Made by a program: the position numbers and the translations under genes
NCBI GenBank assembly: GCA_964016885.1
Contig: CAXHJY010000775.1
Span: 1 to 63,978, forward strand
Source of the DNA: Eledone cirrhosa
Taxonomy: Eukaryota
Direction: 5' to 3'
DNA length: 63,978 bases
The notes under the pieces: generated by a model
Told to the model about the DNA's origin: nothing
The model's database searches: none
What the model saw: the letters and a program-made list of their open reading frames with translations, nothing else
Shown: positions 56,883 through 63,978 of the stretch, one piece after another
How positions within the stretch are numbered: the first letter of the stretch is position 1
Layout: each line of letters opens with the position of its first letter

Positions 56883-56989
56883 AGATGTTCGATTAACACC
56901 CGAGATTGTAAACAGGGAAATGGTAATGCTGAAGGAAATGGCCAACCCAAAATGCGAAGTTTATGCTTTGGAGGACATTGAATATTATG
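56883..56989 (+). CDS. ARMC4: ARMC4/ODAD2 coding exon 4 (DVRLTPEIVNREMVMLKEM...LEDIEYY)
   Basis: CAG acceptor ending at 56882; GA+A=Glu joins exon 3 in frame; donor GTAAGT at 56990 (phase 1). Collinear with recalled ARMC4 EISLSP..V.KDIELLK...LESIEY. Confidence 0.88.
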
Positions 56990-57030
56990 GTAAGTGCTAT
57001 ATATGAATAGTCTATATATTTAACCCTAAT

Positions 57031-60000
57031 TATGTAGGTGTCACAACAAAATGCACCCAGCCCACACTGTAAAGTGGTCATATAGGTGTCACGACAAAAA
57101 GGCTCCCAGTCCACACTGTAAAGTGGTCATGTAGGTGTCACGACAAGAAGCACCCAGCCCACACTGTAAAGTGGTCATGTAGGTGTCACGACAAGAAGCA
57201 CCCAGCCCACACTGTAAAGTGGTTGTGTAGGTGTCACAACAAAATGCACCCAGCCTACACTGTAAAGTGGTCATGTAGGTGTCACGACAAAAAGGCTCCC
57301 AGTCCACACTGTAAAGTGGTCATGTAGGTGTCACGACAAAAAGCACCCAGCCCACACTGTAAAGTGGTCATGTAGGTGTCACGACAAAAAGGCTCCCAGT
57401 CCACACTGTAAAGTGGTCATGTAGGTGTCACGACAAAAAGCACCCAGTCCACACTGTAAAGTGGTCATGTAGGTGTCACGACAAAAAGGACCCAGCCCAC
57501 ACTGTAAAGTGGTCATGTAGGTGTCACGACAAAAAGCACCCAGTCCACACTGTAAAGTGGTCATGTAGGTGTCACGACAAAAAGGACCCAGCCCACACTG
57601 TAAAGTGGTCATGTAGGTGTCACGACAAAAAGCACCCAGTCCACACTGTAAAGTGGTCATGTAGGTGTCACGACAAAAAGGACCCAGCCCACACTGTAAA
57701 GTGGTCATGTAGGTGTCACGACAAAAAGCACCCAGTCCACACTGTAAAGTGGTCATGTAGGTGTCACGACAAAAAGGACCCAGCCCACACTGTAAAGTGG
57801 TCATGTAGGTGTCACGACAAAAAGCACCCAGTCCACACTGTAAAGTGGTCATGTAGGTGTCACGACAAAAAGCACCCAGTCTACACTGTAAAGTGGTCAT
57901 GTAGGTGTCACGACAAAAAGGACCCAGCCCACACTGTAAAGTGGTCATGTAGGTGTCACGACAAAAAGACTCCCAGTCCACACTGTAAAGTGGTCATGTA
58001 GGTGTCACGACAAAAAGACTCCTAGTCCACACTGTAAAGTGGTCATGTAGGTGTCACGACAAAAATGCACCCAGCCCACACTGTAAAGTGGTCATGTAGG
58101 TGTCACGACAAAAAGCACCCAGCCCACACTGTAAAGTGGTCCTGTAGGTGTCATGACAAAAAGCACCCAGCCCACACTGTAAAGTGGTCATGTAGGTGAC
58201 ACGACAAAAAGCACCTAGTCCACACTGTAAAGTGGTCATGTAGGTGACACAACAAAAACCACCCAGTCTACACTGTAAAGTGGTCATGTAGGTGTCATGA
58301 CAAAAAGCACCCAGCTCACACTGTAAAGGGGTCCTGTAGGTGTCAACAAAAAGCACCCAGTCTACTCTGTAAAATGGTTTTGTAGGTGTCACGACAAAAA
58401 GCACCCAGTCCACACTGTAAAGTGGTCATGTAGGTGTCACGACAAAAAGCACCCAGCCCACACTGTAAAGTGGTCATGTAGGTGTCACGACAAAAAGGCT
58501 CCCAGTCCACTCTGTAAAGTGGTCATGTAGGTGACACGACAAAAAAGCTCCCAGCCCACACTGTAAAGTGGTCATGTAGGTGACACGACAAAAAGCACCC
58601 AGTCCACACTGTAAAGTGGTCCTGTAGGTGTCACGACAAAAAGCACCCAGCCCACACTGTAAAGTGGTCCTGTAGGTGTCACGACAAAAAGCACCCAGTC
58701 CACACTGTAAAGTGGTCCTGTAGGTATCACAACAAAAATCACCCAGCCCACCCTGTAAAGTGGTCCTGTAAGTATCACGACAAAAAGCACCCAGCCCACA
58801 CTGTAAAGTGGTCCTGTAGGTGTCCGACAAAAAGCACCCAGCCTACACTGTAAAGTGGTCATGTAGGTGTCACGACAAAAAGCACCCAGCCCACCCTGTA
58901 GAGTGGTCGTGAAGGTGTCACGACAAAAAGCACCCAGCCCACACTGTAAAGTGGTCATGTAGGTGTCACGACAAAAAGGCTCCCAGTCCACACTGTAAAG
59001 TGGTCATATAGGTGTCACGACAAAAAGACTCCTAGTCCACACTGTAAAGTGGTCCTGTAGGTGTCACGACAAAAAGGCTCCCAGTCCACACTGTAAAGTG
59101 GTCATGTAGGTGTCACGACAAAAAGGCTCCCAGCCCACACTGTAAAGTGGTCATGTAGGTGTCACGACAAAAAGGCTCCCAGTCCACACTGTAAAGTGGT
59201 CATGTAGGTGTCACGACAAAAAGACTCCTAGTCCACACTGTAAAGTGGTCCTGTAGGTGTCACGACAAAAAGACTCCTAGTCCACACTGTAAAGTGGTCA
59301 TATAGGTGTCACGACAAAAAGACTCCTAGTCCACACTGTAAAGTGGTCCTGTAGGTGTCACGACAAAAAGACTCCCAGTCCACACTGTAAAGTGGTCATA
59401 TAGGTGTCACGACAAAAAGTCTCCTAGTCCACACTGTAAAGTGGTCATGTAGGTGTCACAACAAAAATGCACCCAGCCCACACTGTAAAGTGGTCATGTA
59501 GGTGACACGACAAAAAGCACCCAGTCTACACTGTAAAGTGGTCATGTAGGTGTCACGACAAAAAGCACCCAGTCTACACTGTAAAGTGGTCATGTAGGTG
59601 TCACGACAAAAAGGACCCAGCCCACACTGTAAAGTGGTCATGTAGGTGTCACGACAAAAAGCACCCAGCCTACACTGTAAAGTGGTCCTGTAGGTATCAC
59701 AACAAAAATCACCCAGCCCACCCTGTAAAGTGGTCCTGTAAGTATCACGACAAAAAGCACCCAGCCCACACTGTAAAGTGGTCCTGTAGGTGTCCGACAA
59801 AAAGCACCCAGCCTACACTGTAAAGTGGTCATGTAGGTGTCACGACAAAAAGGCTCCCAGTCCACACTGTAAAGTGGTCATGTAGGTGTCACGACAAAAA
59901 GGCTCCCAGTCCACACTGTAAAGTGGTCCTGTAGGTATCAACAAAAAGCACCCAGTCCACTCTGTAAAATGGTTTTGTAGGTGTCACGACAAAAAGCACC

Positions 60001-60415
60001 CAGCCCACACTGTAAAGTGGTCCTGTAGGTGTCACGACAAAAAGGCTCCCAGTCCACTCTGTAAAGTGGTCATGTAGGTGACACGACAAAAAGGCTCCCA
60101 GTCCACACTGTAAAGTGGTCATGTAGGTGACACAACAAAAAGGCTCCCAGTCCACACTGTAAAGTGGTCCTGTAGGTGTCACGACAAAAAGCACCCAGCC
60201 CATACTGTAAAGTGGTCCTGTAGGTGTCACGACAAAAAGCACCCAGTCCACTCTGTAAAATGGTTTTGTAGGTGTCACGACAAAAAGCACCCAGTCTACA
60301 CTGTAAAGTGGTCATGTAGGTGACATGACAAAAAGGCTCCCAGTCCACGCTGTAAAGTGGTCATGTAGGTGACACGACAAAAAGCACCCAGCTCACACTG
60401 TAAAGTGGTTGTGTA
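57031..60415. repeat. 48-49-bp SINE-related satellite, about 70 copies, filling ARMC4 intron 4
   Basis: taggtgtcacgacaaaaagcacccagcccacactgtaaagtggtcatg; homologous to an internal SINE A/C segment. Confidence 0.95.
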
Positions 60416-60544
60416 TGTAGTGTATGTGGTGGTGGTTGATGATGGTGATGAGGTTGATGATGATGATGATGATGACAATGAGGATGATGTTGATGATGAT
60501 GTTGATGATGATGGTAATGATATATATTTTTTTTTCTTCTTCAG

Positions 60545-60693
60545 ATGAAGGAATGGAATATGTGTACTCTACGGGATGCCGCGCTCCGCTGCCTCGGCAA
60601 ATCTATGGAGACATCTGTTACATTAAAGTGAAACCAATCGGCAAAGCTAAAATGTATATCACTGCTAATAGTCACGGGTATTTCCTCACCACT
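60545..60693 (+). CDS. ARMC4: ARMC4/ODAD2 coding exon 5 (DEGMEYVYSTGCRAPLPRQIYGDICYIKVKP...GYFLTT); gene continues beyond the window
   Basis: T-tract and CAG ending at 60544; G+AT=Asp; donor GTGAGT at 60694 (phase 0). GCRAPLPRQIYGDICYIKVKP matches the diagnostic ARMC4 motif [21 protein letters not shown]. Confidence 0.93.
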
Positions 60694-61286
60694 GTGAGTA
60701 GATCGATTTATTGATTTTGTTGATTTATTGATTTTGTCGATTTATTGATTTTGTCGTTACTGATCAGATGTAACGTTGTTTGACTTTCACATTCTAGAAC
60801 ACACACACACACGTGTGCAAACACGCACACATGCACACACACAGTATCATCACCACTACAATCATCATCATCATCAACAAACAGAAAAGCATCCCGATAA
60901 TTTTTATTATTGTTGTTGTAGATGTTGTTATATATGTGTATATGTATATATGTGTGCATATATGTATACATGTATGTATACATATATACATATACACATA
61001 TATACATATATATGTACATATACACATATATACATATATACATATACACACATATATATATATATACATATATATATATACATATATATATATACATATA
61101 CACATATATGCATATGCATATACACATATACATATACACATGTATATATATATATGTACATATGTGCATATGTATACACGTATGCACATATATATGTACA
61201 TATACATAGGTTTATATCTAACACATACACATACATAAAATCATAGAGAGATACTGAGTTGTCCAAGTTTTATAGTTATTGTTCTG

Positions 61287-61321
<35 letters not shown>

Positions 61322-61465
61322 ACGTATATAGATACACACACACATATTATATATATATTATATATAATATGTATAATACATATATATTATATATATTATA
61401 TGTAATATATGTATATTATATTATGTATTCTATGTAATATATATATATATTATATATATATATTA

Positions 61466-62909
61466 TCTCTATATATATAAAACGGAAGATGTCTGTCTGT
61501 GTGTGTGTATGATTCTTATGCATTTCCACATTTCTCTACCGATTTTGATGATTTTTTTCCAATGTGCTCCAAATTTACCAACGATGGTCAACACGTAATA
61601 AACTTTGCCAAACATTTCCTGTTTCTATGAAAAAAATCGATAAAACTAAATACACACTGTAACCCTCTCTCTTACACACTTATTCACTCTCTCTACTACT
61701 CAACAGCGACAAAACTTCGTTCAGGAACGCGACATAAACTTTTAAAACTAAGCAACACATCATTTTATACAACAACAAACATAGTCATAATGCTCTCTCC
61801 GTCGCTCTTCACTCTCTCTATAATAGATCATACCCCCTCTCTATAATTTAACTGCTTTACTCTCTTCATGGTTTGAGGTTTAACACACCTCCCTATAATT
61901 TCTAAGCTTTACTCTCTCCGTCGCTCTTCCCTCTCTCTATAATAGATTATTCCCCCTCTCTATAATTTAACTGCTTCACTCTCTCTGTCACTCTTCACTC
62001 TCTATATGACAACACTGTTTTACACACCTCCCTAAAGTTTCTTAGCTTTACTCTCTCCATCACTCTTCCCTCTCTCTATAATAGATGATTCCCCCTCTCT
62101 ATAATTTAACTGCTGGGGGAGTCATTGGAGTTACGTATTGACATATGGCTTTTCTGGGGTATTTTAAATCGGCTCATTGCAAATAACATCCTGCAAAATA
62201 ACACTTCATATAACAGATTAATGCTATAGACATATGAATCGGAATGTTTAAATTATTTATTTTTTACGAATTCATTGGTTAAATATTAATATGACAACAC
62301 CCATAGTGTTGTACTTCTGGCAATTCTGCCGAATACACTGCCAAGGACGAACCTTTTCCCCTCAGCGTCAGATACCCCGTTCGATTTCCGCCGATCCCAA
62401 TTCCCGGTGAGACCATGTTTTGCCATGTCCATTAACAAGTCACAAGGGCAAACATTGTCGGTGGCGGGCATCCATTTGGGGGAGCCATGTTGTTACATTA
62501 TGTTGCCTGTTCCCGCTTAGGGAGCAGGAATGGACTTTTTGCTTACACTCCTCAAGAGATGACACGCAATATCGTCTACAAAGAGGTGCTATAGATGTTG
62601 GTGCAGGTGTTGGAGGTGTTGGAGCTATACCGTCTGGAAAACTATTTCCTGGTAGGGTCACCTATGGCGGACAGATCTGACACCCAGCGGCATCAGGGCC
62701 ACCATCTTGCAACTTTGGTCTACTAAATTCGCTATTGGAAGATTATTAACCCATTGTCTAAAATGCTAATTGGTTCATAACTTTAATAACTGGTTCAACT
62801 GCTTTATGCACTTAATTGATAAGCTTATTCGCTTTCAAGCCACATTTACCTGTATGTAACTTTTCATAGCAAATGAACAAACCCGAGCAACGCCGGGCTA
62901 AACTGCTAG
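61466..62909 (+). mobile_element. Complete non-autonomous Helitron with a RepHel helicase C-terminal remnant (about 62300-62594)
   Basis: A|TC start; 3' hairpin cccg..cggg and CTAG|T end; PFDFRRSQFPVRPCFAMSINKSQGQTL, then after a frameshift YVACSR...TRNIVYKEVL*. Confidence 0.92.
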
Positions 62910-62930
62910 TATATTATATATATATATATT

Positions 62931-63110
62931 TTGGCAGTATCGGTAGAGGGTCGGGTGCCATGCTTTGAAGCATAGAGTCACATCCCTTTATGATCTGAGT
63001 TCAAATCCCGCCGAGGTTAACTTTGCCTTTCATCCTTACGGGGTCGATAAAATAAAGTACCAGTAATGCACTGGGTAATTGCCAGCCTGGTGCCAATAGT
63101 AGAAACAATT
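62931..63110 (+). mobile_element. SINE B
   Basis: Same as other copies. Confidence 0.87.
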
Positions 63111-63978
63111 ATATATTATATATAATATATATTATATATAATATATGTATATTATATATATATTATATATTATAATATGTGTGTGTATATATATATATAT
63201 ATCATATTATATTATATATAACATATGTATATTATATATTTATGTATATTATATATATATATGTATATTATATATAATATATGTATATTATATATAATAT
63301 ATGTATATTATATATTTATATATATATTTTATATATATAATATATTGTATATTATATATATATTATATATATGTATATTATGTATATTATATATATTATA
63401 TATGTATATATTATATATATATTATATATATTTATATATTATATATATATATATTATATATATATATATTATATTTATATATTATATATATTTATATATA
63501 TATATTATATACATATATGTAATTATATATTATGTATTATACGTATGCATATATTATATATACACATATATATAAAAGGAATTTACATTTGTAGTGAAGT
63601 GATTGTCCTTTCTTTCTTTCCTCCCTCCTTTCTTTCTTTCCTTCTTTCCTTCTTTCCTCCTTTCTTTCCTTCTTTCCTTCTTTCCTCCTTTCCTTCTTTC
63701 CTCCTTTCCTTCTTTCCTCCTTTCTTTCCTTCTTTCCTCCTTTCTTTCTTTCCCTGTTCTCCTCTAATTAGGACCTCCGTGTTTGGCATTTAATACGACC
63801 TGGGCTTGAACCTCAAATACCTTCACAGTACATACCACCACCACCACCACCATTAACACCATCTTCACCACCACCACCACCACCACTATCATTACCACTA
63901 CCACCACTTCAACAGCTAACACCACCACCATTACACCTACAGCTACTACTACCACCACCACCAACACCACCATCATTA
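63110..63978. repeat. (TA)-rich, (TTCC)n and (ACC)n simple repeats
   Basis: Direct inspection. Confidence 0.9.

Noticed and set aside
60545-60693. Assignment to CLUH/clueless on the basis of the GD..Y..V...ITA...GYF motif
   Set aside because: The whole five-exon peptide is collinear with ARMC4, including MG.AL and GCRAP..RQI.G

Overview
Eukaryotic, extremely repeat-rich genomic DNA, most likely from an octopod cephalopod (inferred from SINE families and microsatellite load; not provable here). It contains one real protein-coding gene: the first five coding exons (+ strand; 7939-8165, 9116-9279, 21422-21671, 56883-56989, 60545-60693; 897 nt, 299 aa) of ARMC4/ODAD2, an outer dynein arm docking subunit. 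All splice sites are GT-AG and phase-compatible, one intron is 35.2 kb, and the gene continues past the window. Nearly all long ORFs in the track are microsatellite artefacts. The rest is LINE fragments (CR1-, RTE- and Tx1/L1-like), tRNA-derived SINE families, a complete non-autonomous Helitron, MITEs, and satellites amplified from TE fragments. The most notable unexplained structure is a set of short non-coding elements, mostly inserted in (TA)n, that carry minimal type I hammerhead ribozymes (one family with compensatory stem changes) and/or form long fold-back inverted duplications. This is the pattern expected of Penelope-like element (PLE) derived, retrozyme-like non-autonomous elements. 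Several ribozymes lie in the sense orientation of ARMC4 introns.
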